Source: Candidatus Latescibacterota bacterium | Lineage (GTDB): Bacteria > Latescibacterota > UBA2968 > GCA-2709665 | Length of the DNA stretch: 64,000 nt | Assembly (NCBI GenBank): GCA_965237675.1 | Contig: OZ250150.1 | Coordinates: 352,001 to 416,000, forward strand | Direction of reading: 5' to 3' | Shown: positions 9,020 to 20,557 of the stretch, in pieces | Layout of the letters: each line of letters begins with the position of its first letter | Numbering within the stretch: the first letter of the stretch is position 1 | The notes under the pieces: generated by a model | Databases searched by the model: none | What the model was told of the DNA's origin: nothing | Seen by the model: the letters and a program-made list of their open reading frames with translations, nothing else | Translations under genes and position numbers: made by a program

Positions 9020-10819
9020 ATGTCGCAGGTGAGGGAAGTTGGCATTCCGGTTCGCGCGGTAAACCGCGCGCAGTTGTACGCGGGGCGGAACGGTGCCGGT
9101 GAAGCGTGTCTGTATGCGACGATGTCGCAGCAGGCCGCGAATCTTTTCGTGTTACAGATCGATCCGGAAACGGGGCGGTTGCGTCAGTTCTGGCCGGACG
9201 TTCCCGACTCGAATTACACCACCGCTGTGTATCAGGCGCGGAACGGACGGCTCTATATCGGGGCGGCGCACTCGGGGCAGCTGTACTGTTTTGATCCTGA
9301 GCAGGACGATCTGGTGAATTTCGGCACCATTAATGAAAAGGCGGCTATTTTTCCGTGCAGCATCGACGAGGACTCACGGGGACTCATCTGGATTTCCAGC
9401 TATGGCACCGCGGATCTGACGAGCTTTAATCCGGAAAACGGGGAGTTTACGCGGTACGGACGGCTGGACGAAGTGGATATGTACGCCTACTGCTACGTGA
9501 ATACCGACGATACGGTCGCGTCGATGATCATGCAGACCCGGCCGCACGTTGTGGTCCTGGATCCGAAGACGGGTGAAAAACGGACGGTGGGGCCGGTCGT
9601 GACTCGCGGCGAAGGGACGCTGACCCTTCACCGGGGGGAGGATGGCAACCTGTACATCGAGTCGAGCGAAGGGAATTTCCGCCTGGAGGGCATGGATGCC
9701 GTCCCGGTGGATGAGACCGTCCCCGCGGAAGGCGTCAAGGCCACCCTGCCGGACGGCAGTACCTTCCGGTTCGTGGATGCGGCGGAGCAGACCTGCCGTA
9801 TTCTGGAGGTAACGGGACCCGACGGAGCGGCGAAGACCTTCAACATCGAATTTGAGGCGGCCGGTACCGATATCTTCTGCCTGCACGGCGGTCCTGATGG
9901 CTGCGTGTACGGATCCAGCGTCCTGCCGGAGCGGATGTTCCGATTTGACCCCGGCAAGGATGATCTTACGGACCTGGGCATCTGTTCGACCGCAACCGGC
10001 GAGGCGTATTCGATGGCGAATCTGGAAGGAAAAATCTACATCTCGTCATACCCGGGTGCTAGAATCTCCATCTACGATCCGGCTCAACCATACCGATTCG
10101 GCGAAAGCCGTGGCAGCAATCCATGGGACATAGGGCGGGTGGACAACATATCGTACCGGCCGCGTTCGACGCTGGGGGGCCCAGGCGGAAAGGTCTGGCT
10201 GGCATCCATTCCGGACTACGGGAGGTGGGGCGGGCCGCTTTCATACTACGACCCGGAAACAGAGGAGAAAAAGGCGTTCTATCGGATTGTGGGAGACGGA
10301 AGCTGCTATACCCTGGCGCATCTGGAGGCGGAAGCACTGATCGCCGTCGGCACGACCGTCAGCGCAGGGAGCGGGACGCAGCCCCGGGTGGACGAGGCGG
10401 TGCTTTTCCTCTTCGACTACGAAGAAGAAGAGAAAGTCTGGGAGGGCGCGCCGGACCCGCCGGTGAAGATCTTCAATGCACTCGTTGCCGTTCCGGACGG
10501 GCGGCTTTTCGGGACGTTCAGTGGTGAAGAACGCGGACCGGAGATTTTCGTGTTCGACCCGAGGGATCGGGTGTTCACGGATCGGATATCCGCCCCCGAG
10601 GGCGGCCCGGTGGACAACGGGCTGCAACTGGGTCCCGACGGACAGATTTACGGTTTGACCCATACCCTGATCTACCGTTTGGATCCCGATTCGCTTTCCG
10701 TAGACGTCATCGTGGAATTCGACGAGAGGTTGGCAGGGCACGGGGCGGCCGGGCCGATTGTTGGGAATGACATATATTTCTCTTCGGGACACCGGTTGAT
10801 GGCGGCGGAGATATTTTAA
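9020..10819 (+). CDS. Uncharacterised beta-propeller repeat protein
   Basis: 599-aa ORF with GGAGG RBS; repeated GxxYxG...xxxFDP blade-like units; no signal peptide. Confidence 0.7.
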   Translation: MSQVREVGIPVRAVNRAQLYAGRNGAGEACLYATMSQQAANLFVLQIDPETGRLRQFWPDVPDSNYTTAVYQARNGRLYIGAAHSGQLYCFDPEQDDLVNFGTINEKAAIFPCSIDEDSRGLIWISSYGTADLTSFNPENGEFTRYGRLDEVDMYAYCYVNTDDTVASMIMQTRPHVVVLDPKTGEKRTVGPVVTRGEGTLTLHRGEDGNLYIESSEGNFRLEGMDAVPVDETVPAEGVKATLPDGSTFRFVDAAEQTCRILEVTGPDGAAKTFNIEFEAAGTDIFCLHGGPDGCVYGSSVLPERMFRFDPGKDDLTDLGICSTATGEAYSMANLEGKIYISSYPGARISIYDPAQPYRFGESRGSNPWDIGRVDNISYRPRSTLGGPGGKVWLASIPDYGRWGGPLSYYDPETEEKKAFYRIVGDGSCYTLAHLEAEALIAVGTTVSAGSGTQPRVDEAVLFLFDYEEEEKVWEGAPDPPVKIFNALVAVPDGRLFGTFSGEERGPEIFVFDPRDRVFTDRISAPEGGPVDNGLQLGPDGQIYGLTHTLIYRLDPDSLSVDVIVEFDERLAGHGAAGPIVGNDIYFSSGHRLMAAEIF

Positions 10820-10989
10820 CGGGCCAGTGCTTGAACACGCGTGGTCACGATCCGTGCATTTGCGCGATACAGAACGCCGCGCCGGGCCGATGCCGGCATT
10901 CGACGGGTTTGATGCCGTTGCGGATGCGGCGTGTTTCATGCGGCATTCGGCCAGCCGGCCTGAATAGGGACACGAAAGGATAACGGGAA

Positions 10990-12657
10990 ATGGCAAACCT
11001 GTGGAGACCCGAGCCTGAAATGTCGGAGACGTTGCTGGATGCGGTGCCCGGGATTCTCGCGGACCAGCGGAAAGACGGCCGGTTCGGCACCGCGCCCTGG
11101 ATCTGCCGGGACCAGCATAGCATTTTCCACCTGGCCGCAGCCTGGAGCCTTAAGGATAGTCCGTATCGTCACGACGAGCGGCTACTGGCCGCAATCGTGC
11201 GCGGTGGCGATGCGCTGATTGAGGCCCAGGACGAGGCCGGGATGTGGACGTTCTTGAAGAAGGACTATTCCGAGTGGGGGCAAATTTACATGCCCTGGAC
11301 GTACAGCCGTTGGATTCACGCGTATCAGCTGGTTCGGGAGGGGATGGACAGCCCGGCGAGGGACCGGTGGCACGAAGCGTTGATTCTGGGATTCGAGGGG
11401 ATTTCGCAGACGTGCCTGCATCGGGTTCACAATATTCCCACCCACCACGCGATGGCGCTTTACTGCGCCGGCATGGTATTCGAGCGCGAGGATTGGAAGA
11501 CACAGGCGCAGGAATTCATTGAAAAGGTGGTGGCGGCGCAATCCTCGTACGGATGGTGGACCGAGAACGTGGGGCCGGTGGTGTCCTATAACTACGTCTA
11601 TTCCGACGCTTTTGGTATTTACTACAAAATGTCTGGGGATGGGCGCGTGCTGGAGGCGCTTGAGAAAACAGCGCGGTTTCATTCCAATTACATTTATCCG
11701 GACGGGAGCGTGGTGGAGACGGTGGACGAGCGCAATGTGTACAAACACGGCATTCGGCTGGGCAACCCCGGATTCAGCCACACCGCCCCGGGAAGAGGGT
11801 ATCTGGCTCGTCAACATCGGTTGTTTCTGGAGAACGGCGGGGCGTTCGACGTTGACTATGCCGCCCACATGCTGCTTTACGGGGGCGAAGGGGAAATCGA
11901 GGAGACGGCGGCCGACCGGGAGCGGCATACGTACGCGATGGGCGGCGATTCGCTGATCGTCTCGCGCAAGCCGTGGTTCCTGAGTCTCTCGGCCTATTGT
12001 TGTCCGCTCAATGAGAATCGGTTCCGGCAGGACCGGCAGAATTTCGTCAGTGTATTTCACGAGAAAACCGGGTTGATTGCCGGTGGCGGCAATACCAAGC
12101 TGCAGCCGCTGTGGAGTACGTTCGCCGTGGGGGACACATCGCTGATGCGACATACGCCGGGGGATATCGAACCGGACTTCGGCCCGTTTGAAGGGCTGGC
12201 GCATATCCCCGACAGGGCGGAAATCCTCAAAGATGAAGGGTGCCCGGGGGTTGAACTGCACTATGGAGAGCATGTGGGAACCGTGACGCTTGCGCCGCAG
12301 GGGGAGATGCAGCTGCTTCTGGTCTACGAGGTGGCAGGCAACTCCGGGATGAGCATGCAAGGGCACGTCACACTGCTCCCGCATCCGGATGAAGAACTGC
12401 GGTCGTCGTCGGGCGAATGCGTTGAATTGGGGGCGGATGCCGTGGAATGGAAGGGTGCGGATGGTTCCTGGTTCGAACACGCGGGCTGGCGACTGTCACT
12501 CCCGTCGGGCGCGCGGCTTGTGTGGCCGGCGCTGCCGCACAACCCTTACACGAAGGCAGGAGAGGCGCAAATCGAAGAAGCGCGATTGGCGCTGGTGCTG
12601 CCGTTTTCCGAGGATACCCGTCGGTATGAAATGAGGCTGGAAATTGTCCAGGAGTGA
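10990..12657 (+). CDS. Uncharacterised protein, probable alpha/alpha-toroid plus beta domain (lyase/hydrolase-like)
   Basis: 555-aa ORF with aromatic-rich helical motifs ([22 protein letters not shown]). Function not assignable. Confidence 0.65.
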   Translation: MANLWRPEPEMSETLLDAVPGILADQRKDGRFGTAPWICRDQHSIFHLAAAWSLKDSPYRHDERLLAAIVRGGDALIEAQDEAGMWTFLKKDYSEWGQIYMPWTYSRWIHAYQLVREGMDSPARDRWHEALILGFEGISQTCLHRVHNIPTHHAMALYCAGMVFEREDWKTQAQEFIEKVVAAQSSYGWWTENVGPVVSYNYVYSDAFGIYYKMSGDGRVLEALEKTARFHSNYIYPDGSVVETVDERNVYKHGIRLGNPGFSHTAPGRGYLARQHRLFLENGGAFDVDYAAHMLLYGGEGEIEETAADRERHTYAMGGDSLIVSRKPWFLSLSAYCCPLNENRFRQDRQNFVSVFHEKTGLIAGGGNTKLQPLWSTFAVGDTSLMRHTPGDIEPDFGPFEGLAHIPDRAEILKDEGCPGVELHYGEHVGTVTLAPQGEMQLLLVYEVAGNSGMSMQGHVTLLPHPDEELRSSSGECVELGADAVEWKGADGSWFEHAGWRLSLPSGARLVWPALPHNPYTKAGEAQIEEARLALVLPFSEDTRRYEMRLEIVQE

Positions 12658-12761
12658 GCATCCGCGAAACAAAGGACGAAGACGAAAGGACCGATACGAG
12701 ACCGATCCGTGATGGACGTTCCGTATTTTCAATTTTGTCCTGGGACACAAAGGAGGCCGTC

Positions 12762-13175
12762 GTGGCTGAGAAAATAGAAAAGACCGATGAGGAGTGGCAA
12801 GAAAAGCTGACGCCCGAACAGTATCAGGTAACAAGAAGGGGCGGAACGGAGAGGGCGTTTACGGGCGAATACCACGAGTTCAAAGGAAAAGGGTCTTATC
12901 TGTGTGTCTGCTGCGGAAATGAGCTGTTTCGTTCCGACACCAAATACGATTCCTGCTCGGGCTGGCCCAGCTTCTGGGCCCCGAAGGATGCGGCGAACGT
13001 TGAGACCGAGACGGATCTGGCCTACGGCATGGCGCGCACGGAGGTAAAGTGCAGCCGATGCGACGCGCATCTCGGGCATGTGTTCGACGATGGACCCCAG
13101 CCAACCGGTTTGCGGTACTGCATGAATTCGGCGGCGCTGGACTTTGCGGTGAAAGAAGCGGACAGGGAGGGTTGA
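12762..13175 (+). CDS. msrB: Peptide-methionine (R)-S-oxide reductase
   Basis: [16 protein letters not shown] zinc ligands, [21 protein letters not shown]; AGGAGG before GTG 12762. Confidence 0.95.
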   Translation: MAEKIEKTDEEWQEKLTPEQYQVTRRGGTERAFTGEYHEFKGKGSYLCVCCGNELFRSDTKYDSCSGWPSFWAPKDAANVETETDLAYGMARTEVKCSRCDAHLGHVFDDGPQPTGLRYCMNSAALDFAVKEADREG

Positions 13176-13284
13176 ACCGCCAGCCTGCGCGGTTTGTTCG
13201 AAAGGGCAATTCGCCGCGCCGCACCCCTGCGATTCGAGTGCCAATATCGGCCATGTGACACCCCTAACCATGGAGAATACACTG

Positions 13285-13746
13285 ATGAGTCTGAGCTTTG
13301 CCACCCGGGAAATCGAGTCGCAACCTGTTGTGGGCATCCGCGCCACAACCAGGATGGAGGAGATTGCCGAAGTCATTGGCGCCCTTTTCGGCGAGGTAAT
13401 GGACTATCTCAACCAGAACGGTCTTGCGCCGGCGGGGATGCCCTTTACAATATACCACGAGATGGATTGCGACCGCCTCGATATGGAATGCGGGATGCCC
13501 GTGGCTTCAACTGTAGAGGGTACTGAGCGCGTTCGATCAGGCGAACTTCCCGCAGGGAAAATGGTGACGGTGACGCACATGGGTCCCTACGAGCAGCTGG
13601 GACAGACGTGGTCGGCGCTGAAGGATTGGATGGAGAAACAGGGGATGCAGGCGGCGGGAGCGCCCTGGGAGGTCTACATGACGGATCCGGGCGCTGAGCC
13701 CGACCAGTCAAAATGGCGTACCGACATCTTCTTCCCCGTGCGTTGA
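13285..13746 (+). CDS. GyrI-like small-molecule-binding protein
   Basis: LPAG...HMGPYEQL...PWEVY...TDIFFP pattern. Confidence 0.85.
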   Translation: MSLSFATREIESQPVVGIRATTRMEEIAEVIGALFGEVMDYLNQNGLAPAGMPFTIYHEMDCDRLDMECGMPVASTVEGTERVRSGELPAGKMVTVTHMGPYEQLGQTWSALKDWMEKQGMQAAGAPWEVYMTDPGAEPDQSKWRTDIFFPVR

Positions 13747-13856
13747 TCGGAGGCGCGGGTACAGGGATTTCGGTGGCGTCCGGATGGGCCGTTGGCGAAT
13801 AGGCATCGGCCCTCGTTTGCGAAATACGGATGAGATTCATGCTTAAGGAGTAAAGA

Positions 13857-14669
13857 ATGAAATACCGATTTGCCGAAATGATATGGTATGAAATCAAGGA
13901 AGCCGCGGAACAGGACCGGGTGGCGGTCCTTCCGGTGGCGACATACGAGGATCACGGCCCTCACCTTCCGGTGGATACCGACGTCGTACTCTGTACCGAG
14001 ATCTGCGAACGGGCCGTGGCGCGGATCCCGTCTGAGGCCGTTCTGGCCCCGCCGGTTCCGCATGGGTACAGCCCCCACCACATGGATTTCCACGGGACGC
14101 TGACGATTACGTGGGATACCTTCATCAGATACGTCAAGGATGTCTGCTGCAGCCTCGCGCACCACGGCTTCAAGCGGATTCTGGTCGTGAACGGCCACGG
14201 AAGCAATGCGTCGCCGCTGGACCTGGCAGCCCGGTTGTCGGTGATCGAATACGAGGGCAGTATTCTGTGCGGCTCGGTGAATCACTGGGGGCTTCGGAAG
14301 TTGAAAGAGGTGGGCCGTGAACTGAGGGAGTCCGACTACGGCGGGACCTCCCACGGAGGAGAGTTTGAGACGTCATTGTATCTGGCATTGAAGCCGGACC
14401 TGGTGGACATGAGCAAGGCGGTCGACGAACGGTCGCCCCTGTCGAACAGTTTCCAGTCCGATCTGCTGGCGGGCGGCCACCCGGATGGGTCCAGTGCGAA
14501 TTTCACGCCGTACTGGAGCACGAAAACGGCCAGCGGCGTGATGGGGGACGCGACAAAGGCCAGCAGTGAGAAAGGGGAACAATTCCTGGAGGCAGCCATA
14601 GAGGGGCTGATCGAACTGGTGCGGGAACTCAGGGCAACGGAAATTATGGACCGGCGTGACCAGCATTAG
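13857..14669 (+). CDS. Creatininase (creatinine amidohydrolase) family protein
   Basis: EDHGPHLPVDTD, NGHGSN and HGGEFETS metal motifs. Confidence 0.9.
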   Translation: MKYRFAEMIWYEIKEAAEQDRVAVLPVATYEDHGPHLPVDTDVVLCTEICERAVARIPSEAVLAPPVPHGYSPHHMDFHGTLTITWDTFIRYVKDVCCSLAHHGFKRILVVNGHGSNASPLDLAARLSVIEYEGSILCGSVNHWGLRKLKEVGRELRESDYGGTSHGGEFETSLYLALKPDLVDMSKAVDERSPLSNSFQSDLLAGGHPDGSSANFTPYWSTKTASGVMGDATKASSEKGEQFLEAAIEGLIELVRELRATEIMDRRDQH

Positions 14670-14723
14670 TGTTCCATCCCTGAACACCTGATCTGCCGCG
14701 AAGCCGGACGAAAGGGTGTATAC

Positions 14724-15725
14724 GTGAAGACGAATGTTTTCACCAGCGGACAGGACGGGTACCACACGTACCGGATTCCGGCGGTTCTTGTTGCACCCGG
14801 CGGATCCCTGCTGGCCTTTTGTGAAGGCCGACGGAACAATCAGTGGGATCACGGTGATATCGACCTCCTGATGAAGCGTTCGGATGACGGGGGACGGTCC
14901 TGGTCGGCGCCGGCGGTCCTATACGGTGAGACCGGTGAGGTTACCATCGGTAATCCCTGTCCCGTGGTGGACGCGGAGACGGGCACGATCTGGATGTTGT
15001 TCTGTCGCGACAATGTGGATGTGCTGGTCACGCACAGTGTCGACGACGGACGGACCTGGTCGGATCCGGTCGACATTACGGAGGACGTCAAAGAGCGGGC
15101 GTGGACCTGGTATGCGACCGGCCCGGGGGTGGGCATCCATCTTAAAAAGGGCGCGCGCGAGGGGCGGCTGCTGATTCCCTGCGATCACCGGTATCCGGAA
15201 GCGTACGACTGTGGTTCCCATTCGATATACAGTGACGACGGGGGGAAATCCTGGCGGTTGGGGGGCTCGGTCCGTCCCGGGCACAACGAGTGCCAGTTCG
15301 GTGAGCTTGCGGACGGAACCGTCGTCATGAACACCCGGATGCAGACGCACAGCGACGGGTATCGCGGAACTGCGCTGAGCCGGGACGGCGGGGAGTCCTG
15401 GCACGGGTTCCGGCACGATCGGAACCTGCCGTGTCCCAAGTGCCAGGCCAGCCTCGTGGAAGGCGGCGGCAACAACAGCCTGCTGTTTTCGAATCCCGCG
15501 GCTCCCGGGCCAGTAAGTCCCGGTGGGGGAGAGCGGGTGAACATGACCGTCCGACGGAGCAACGACGGGGGAAAGACCTGGCCCGCGGCGAAATCGCTGC
15601 ACGAGGGTCCTGCGGCGTATTCCTGCCTCGTGGTGCTTCCCGATGGCGCGGTCGGCTGTCTGTACGAAGCGGGATCGGCATCGGCGTACGAGCACATTGT
15701 TTTCGAGCGTTGCCGGGTGGATTGA
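14724..15725 (+). CDS. Sialidase (GH33)
   Basis: YRIP; five Asp-boxes ([40 protein letters not shown]); NECQ; AAYS Tyr; no signal peptide. Confidence 0.88.
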   Translation: MKTNVFTSGQDGYHTYRIPAVLVAPGGSLLAFCEGRRNNQWDHGDIDLLMKRSDDGGRSWSAPAVLYGETGEVTIGNPCPVVDAETGTIWMLFCRDNVDVLVTHSVDDGRTWSDPVDITEDVKERAWTWYATGPGVGIHLKKGAREGRLLIPCDHRYPEAYDCGSHSIYSDDGGKSWRLGGSVRPGHNECQFGELADGTVVMNTRMQTHSDGYRGTALSRDGGESWHGFRHDRNLPCPKCQASLVEGGGNNSLLFSNPAAPGPVSPGGGERVNMTVRRSNDGGKTWPAAKSLHEGPAAYSCLVVLPDGAVGCLYEAGSASAYEHIVFERCRVD

Positions 15726-15734
15726 GGATTCGTC

Positions 15735-17060
15735 ATGGAAAAGACATCGGTCGGAGGCGGGCCGTCGGTGGAGGAACGATATCGGACGGGCAGCCCGCGT
15801 TCCGAAGCGGCTTTCGAACAGGCCAGTGCGGTGATGCCGGGCGGGGTGAAAGGGGCGTACTTCTACAAGCCCTATCCGCTGACCGTCGAGCGGGGCGAAG
15901 GGTGTTACGTGTACGACCTGGACGGCCGCAAACTGGTGGATTTCAACAACCACCATACGGCGCAGATTCTTGGCCACAACCATCCGGCGGTGGTGGCCGC
16001 GGTGCACGGGCAGCTTTCCCGGGGGATCGCCTTGAGTGCGCCCGCCGGCGTGGAGACGGGACTGGCCGAAGAGATGTGCAGGCGGGTGAAGTCCATTGAG
16101 AAAATCAGATTCTGCAATTCCGGAACGGAAGCGACTCTGCACGCCATTCGTCTGGCGCGCGGGGTCAGCGGGCGGCCGAAGATCGCCAAGTTCGAGGGCG
16201 GATATCATGGAAGCCACGACGTGGTGGAAGTGAGTGTGGCTCCGCCCCTTGATAAGGCCGGGCCCGCGTCGGCCCCGCGTTCGGTATCCACAGCGGGCGG
16301 CGCTTCACCTAACGCGGCCGGCGAGGTCGTGGTGCTGCCGTATGATGATGAGAACGCGGCGGAGCGATTGATCGCGCGGCATCGACGCGAACTGGCCTGT
16401 GTGATATTCGATCCCCGGGCGGGCATTCTGACGCAGCGCGAGGAGTTCACGCGGTTTGTATGTGACATGGCGCGTCAGAATAATGTGCTGTTGATTTTCG
16501 ATGAGATCGTCGGATTCCGGGTCGGTACCGGGGGGCTGCAGGAACGCTACGGAATCACGCCGGATCTGACGACGTATGGAAAGGTAATCGGCGGCGGTTT
16601 TCCGGTGGGCGCCTTCGGAGGCCGGGCGGACCTGATGGATCGATTCGATTCGTCGCAGGGGCCGACCGGTTTTTTTCAGAGCGGCACGTTCAGCGGGCAT
16701 CCCGTGGTAATGGCTGCGGGCCTGGCCACGCTGGAGCAGTTGACGCCGGATGTGTTTGTGCACCTGGACCGCCTGGGAGAACGCCTCCGGGACGGGTTGA
16801 ACAGGTTGTTTGCAGACAGAAACGTGGATGCGACTGCGGTGGGTGTGGGATCGCTGTTCAGCATTCATTTTTCAGGCGAGAAGATGGTGAACTATCGTCA
16901 CCTGGCGCGAACGGATAAGGCGGCGGCGCACCGTCTGCTACTCGGTCTGATCGAACAGGGATATTTCCTGGGCAACGGTCTGTTGATGAACGCCGTCTCG
17001 GCGCCGATGGATGAAGGCCATGTGGACGGGTTGATCGCGGCGGTGGGCAGGGCGATGTGA
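15735..17060 (+). CDS. Class III aminotransferase, glutamate-1-semialdehyde aminomutase-like
   Basis: NSGTEA, GGYHG, FDEIVGFR, YGKVIGGG, SGTFSG. Confidence 0.88.
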   Translation: MEKTSVGGGPSVEERYRTGSPRSEAAFEQASAVMPGGVKGAYFYKPYPLTVERGEGCYVYDLDGRKLVDFNNHHTAQILGHNHPAVVAAVHGQLSRGIALSAPAGVETGLAEEMCRRVKSIEKIRFCNSGTEATLHAIRLARGVSGRPKIAKFEGGYHGSHDVVEVSVAPPLDKAGPASAPRSVSTAGGASPNAAGEVVVLPYDDENAAERLIARHRRELACVIFDPRAGILTQREEFTRFVCDMARQNNVLLIFDEIVGFRVGTGGLQERYGITPDLTTYGKVIGGGFPVGAFGGRADLMDRFDSSQGPTGFFQSGTFSGHPVVMAAGLATLEQLTPDVFVHLDRLGERLRDGLNRLFADRNVDATAVGVGSLFSIHFSGEKMVNYRHLARTDKAAAHRLLLGLIEQGYFLGNGLLMNAVSAPMDEGHVDGLIAAVGRAM

Positions 17061-17198
17061 AATTCTTCACGGGTTTTCTCGAAACTTGTTCCATTTGTCG
17101 CCGACCCCTCACTGCCGCGCAAGCGTTCTTGGTTCTTCTGTTCACACGTTCGTCCTCGGACGGGCGCATGTGTGCTTTTGATTCCGGAGGATATTGAA

Positions 17199-17966
17199 AT
17201 GCGATACATCGACACGCACGCCCACCTGGGGCCATGGTTTGATGAGATCACGACGTTCACGGCCGAGGGCTTTGTGGCGTTGCAGGAGCGGGCGGGAATC
17301 GAGCGGACCGTGGTGACGTCCGGATCGGCGCTGTTTACGGAGTTGACGTACGGCAACGAGTGGACCATACAACAGGCGGAGAAACTGGAACATCTTCTCG
17401 TATGGCTGGTGTTGAATCCGTTGAAGATGAGCGAGTCGCTGGAGTTGCTGGACCGGTTCAAGGACCATCCCAAGGTTGCGGGGTTTAAAATCCATCCGGT
17501 TCAGCACAAGTATCCGGCGGACATCAAACCCTCTTTCCGGTTATTGGAAAAGCTGGAACCCATCGGTTTGCCGGTGCTGTCCCACGGAGAGAACGAATCG
17601 TACGCAGCCCCGGCCCGGTTGCGGCGGCTGGCCGAAGCCTTTCCGTCTCTGACGTTGATCACGGCGCATTTCGGCGCGGGGCAGCCGGGGCAGACATACG
17701 AGGCGATTGATGCGCTCCAGGATTGCAAAACGGGCAACCTCTATACGGACATGGGCACGGCGAGGGCGATACGAACGGGCATCATCGGGTTGGTGGTGCG
17801 TGAGGTGGGCGCGGACAGGGTGTTGTTCGGTACGGATTCGCCTCTGTACGAGCCCATGGCGTTCCCCGCGTTGCTGGCAGCGGCGGATATAACGGAAGAA
17901 GAACGGGAACAGATCGCTTACAGGAATGCGGAGCGGCTCGTGCTGGCGCCGAAGGGGTTGGCGTAG
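17199..17966 (+). CDS. Amidohydrolase family protein (TIM barrel)
   Basis: IDTHAH, KIHP, AHFG, LFGTDSP; GGAGG RBS. Confidence 0.85.
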   Translation: MRYIDTHAHLGPWFDEITTFTAEGFVALQERAGIERTVVTSGSALFTELTYGNEWTIQQAEKLEHLLVWLVLNPLKMSESLELLDRFKDHPKVAGFKIHPVQHKYPADIKPSFRLLEKLEPIGLPVLSHGENESYAAPARLRRLAEAFPSLTLITAHFGAGQPGQTYEAIDALQDCKTGNLYTDMGTARAIRTGIIGLVVREVGADRVLFGTDSPLYEPMAFPALLAAADITEEEREQIAYRNAERLVLAPKGLA

Positions 17967-18012
17967 TGTTCTGTCGATGGTGTCGAGGCAAAGCGTACGG
18001 AGGAATAGCCCG

Positions 18013-19365
18013 ATGAAACTGGATCGGCGTCAGCGCCGATTGCTGAAGCGGACGTTTCTGGATTATCAGCAGACGTCGGCCTTTATGGAACATCCGTTAC
18101 TCGTGAAAAGGGCGCATGGCCTCTATTACTGGGATATCGAGGGCAAGCGCTATTTTGACGGGATCGGCGGCATCTTCGTGGCCTCGCTTGGACACGGCCA
18201 TCCCCGGGTACTGGAGGCGATGCGAAAGCAGGCGGAGACGCTCGGATTCTCGCCGCCGATGCACGGGCTCTCGGACGTGGCGCTGGATTTCGTGGAGAAA
18301 CTGGGCGGAGTCACGCCGGGGAACCTGAATTTCATCAAATCCTACAGCGGCGGTTCCGAAGCCGTCGAATCCACGCTGAAGTTTACCCGGCAGTACTTCA
18401 AGCAGAGCGGCCAACCGGGCAAGTACAAATTCGTCAGCCGTTACTTCGGGTATCACGGAGCAACGTTCGGCGCCATGGCAGCCAGCGGGACGGGGAAACG
18501 CAAGACGCCGTTCGAGCCCCAGATGAGCGGATTCCTCAAGGTCTTTCCGCCTACGTATTACAGAGACCGTTTTGCTTCCTGGGAGGAATGCAACCGCTTC
18601 TGCGCGCAAATGTTCGAGGACGTGATCGTCAATGAAGACCCGGATACGGTGGCGGGTGTCATTCTGGAACCTATAGGCAATACCGGCGGGATTATTACAC
18701 CCACCGAGGAGTATTTTCAGATTATCCGCGACGTCTGCGACCGGTACGATGTGATATTGATCTACGATGAGATTATCACGGGGTTCGGCAAGACCGGCTC
18801 GATGTTCGCAGCCCAGACGTTCGGGGTGACGCCCGATATCATCTGCGCGGGAAAAGGCATCTCAAGCGGGGCATATCCGGTGGGGGCCATGATGGCGCGG
18901 GAGGATATGGGAGACGTCTTTCTCGGACCGGTGGCGGCGGAGGTCAACTTTGCGCATGGGCATACGTTCGCGGCCAATCCCGTTGCCTGCGCCGTCGGAA
19001 TGGCCGTAATCGACGAAATCGTGGAGCAGGAGTTGGATCGGAAGGCCGGGGAACTCGGCAATTATCTGGCATCCAGGCTGGAAGGGTTGAAGGATCTGGG
19101 CGTGGTGCGCGAGGTGCGGGGCCGGGGGCTGTTGCAGGGCGTTGAACTCGTGAGGGACACCACGTCAATGGCCCCGTTTCCGGAACTGGGGCAGGCGCTG
19201 AAACGGACCTCCCTGGCGAACGGGCTGTTGATTCGGATCGACCCGACCTGGTTTGCCGTGAGCCCGGCGTTGATCGTGCAGCGTGAGGATATCGACGAAC
19301 TGTGCGATCTGGTGCGGAAGAGCCTCATCGACGCGCTGGAGCAGGTCGAAACTGAAAGTCCGTGA
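18013..19365 (+). CDS. Class III (omega-amino acid type) aminotransferase
   Basis: SGGSEAVE, YHG, DEIITGFGKTG, AGKGISSG, HGHTFAANP. Confidence 0.9.
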   Translation: MKLDRRQRRLLKRTFLDYQQTSAFMEHPLLVKRAHGLYYWDIEGKRYFDGIGGIFVASLGHGHPRVLEAMRKQAETLGFSPPMHGLSDVALDFVEKLGGVTPGNLNFIKSYSGGSEAVESTLKFTRQYFKQSGQPGKYKFVSRYFGYHGATFGAMAASGTGKRKTPFEPQMSGFLKVFPPTYYRDRFASWEECNRFCAQMFEDVIVNEDPDTVAGVILEPIGNTGGIITPTEEYFQIIRDVCDRYDVILIYDEIITGFGKTGSMFAAQTFGVTPDIICAGKGISSGAYPVGAMMAREDMGDVFLGPVAAEVNFAHGHTFAANPVACAVGMAVIDEIVEQELDRKAGELGNYLASRLEGLKDLGVVREVRGRGLLQGVELVRDTTSMAPFPELGQALKRTSLANGLLIRIDPTWFAVSPALIVQREDIDELCDLVRKSLIDALEQVETESP

Positions 19366-19443
19366 TCCTTTGGCGTCCCGCAGGGTCGAGAACGACTGCA
19401 CTCTGTTGGATTTCAGCGTTGGAGAACAATTCAGGAGGTCCAG

Positions 19444-20544
19444 ATGGCGAATTATCGCGTGGCGATCATCGGCACGGGTCGCGTGGGATACCAGTTCAGT
19501 TTCGGAGATCTGCCGGACAACCACGCCGATACATTGCGGCAACATGCCGACTGCGAACTCGTGGCGGGTGTGAACCGGGGGCGCGAAAAGCTGGAGATCT
19601 TCGGACAGCGATACGGAATCGACGCGCTCTATCACGACTACCGGCGGATGCTGGACGAGATCAGGCCGGATATCTGTATTGTGGCCACCCATCCGGAATT
19701 GCATTGCGAGATGGTGGAGACATGCGCCGCTGCATCCACGACAAAGGCGATTGTCTGCGAGAAGCCGATGGCTCTGTCCCTGGAGGAATGCGACCGCATG
19801 ATCGACGCTTGCGACAACGCGGGCATCCTGCTGCAGATCAATCACAACCGGCGGTGGTCACCGGAATGGAATCTGGGGCTGCAGCTGTTGCGCGACGGCG
19901 CGATCGGAGACCTGAATCACGTCTATTGTTATATGGATGGCGGCAAACCGGCGCCGTGGTGGCGAAGCGGGAACGAGGGGCCGCTTCTGCACGACTTTAC
20001 CCATTATTTCGACCTGATGGATATGTACGCCGGCGAGGTGGCATGGTTGTGCGGCATGGCGGAACAGCGGATGCGGCCGTGGGCGGTCGAGGACTTCGGC
20101 GCTGCAATGATGAAGTTTGAGAATGGAGCGACGGGGTTGGTACATGGCGCGGAACTGACAGCCTATACGGACAATGCGTTTGAGTTGCGCGGGAGTGAGG
20201 GCGTGATCCGTTTTCTGGGAGAACGGGTCCATCTCTACCAGGCGGTTGAGGACGACTACGAACCGGACAGCGGGTTTCAATGGAGTTCGTTGAAGCTGGC
20301 GCAGGTCGACCATCCGCCGCCCGCGTCCACGTATGTCCTCGCGCTGAACGAGTTGGTGAACGCGCTGGAGGGTCGCGGCGAATTGAGGAGCGACGGACGG
20401 GTTGGCCTGCGGTCCCTGGAAATGGTGATGGCAATCTACCAGTCCCAGCTTTCGGGCAATCGGCCCGTCCATTTCCCGCTCGAAGCGCGCGGCTCGGGTG
20501 TGGAAGCCCTGCGCGAAGCGGGTGCGTTCGTTGAGCGTGAATGA
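19444..20544 (+). CDS. Gfo/Idh/MocA family oxidoreductase
   Basis: IIGTGRVG, CEKP, NHNRRW. Confidence 0.9.
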   Translation: MANYRVAIIGTGRVGYQFSFGDLPDNHADTLRQHADCELVAGVNRGREKLEIFGQRYGIDALYHDYRRMLDEIRPDICIVATHPELHCEMVETCAAASTTKAIVCEKPMALSLEECDRMIDACDNAGILLQINHNRRWSPEWNLGLQLLRDGAIGDLNHVYCYMDGGKPAPWWRSGNEGPLLHDFTHYFDLMDMYAGEVAWLCGMAEQRMRPWAVEDFGAAMMKFENGATGLVHGAELTAYTDNAFELRGSEGVIRFLGERVHLYQAVEDDYEPDSGFQWSSLKLAQVDHPPPASTYVLALNELVNALEGRGELRSDGRVGLRSLEMVMAIYQSQLSGNRPVHFPLEARGSGVEALREAGAFVERE

Positions 20545-20557
20545 GCGACCAAAGGAA

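Noticed and set aside
12654-12761. N-terminal extension of MsrB
   Set aside because: A strong AGGAGG RBS supports the GTG at 12762, and the extension has no recognisable similarity.
13857-14669. Mycofactocin MftE / RiPP cluster
   Set aside because: No precursor peptide, radical SAM or MftB-like gene in the window.
15735-17060. hemL assignment
   Set aside because: Same family, but catabolic context and no tetrapyrrole genes; symbol withheld.
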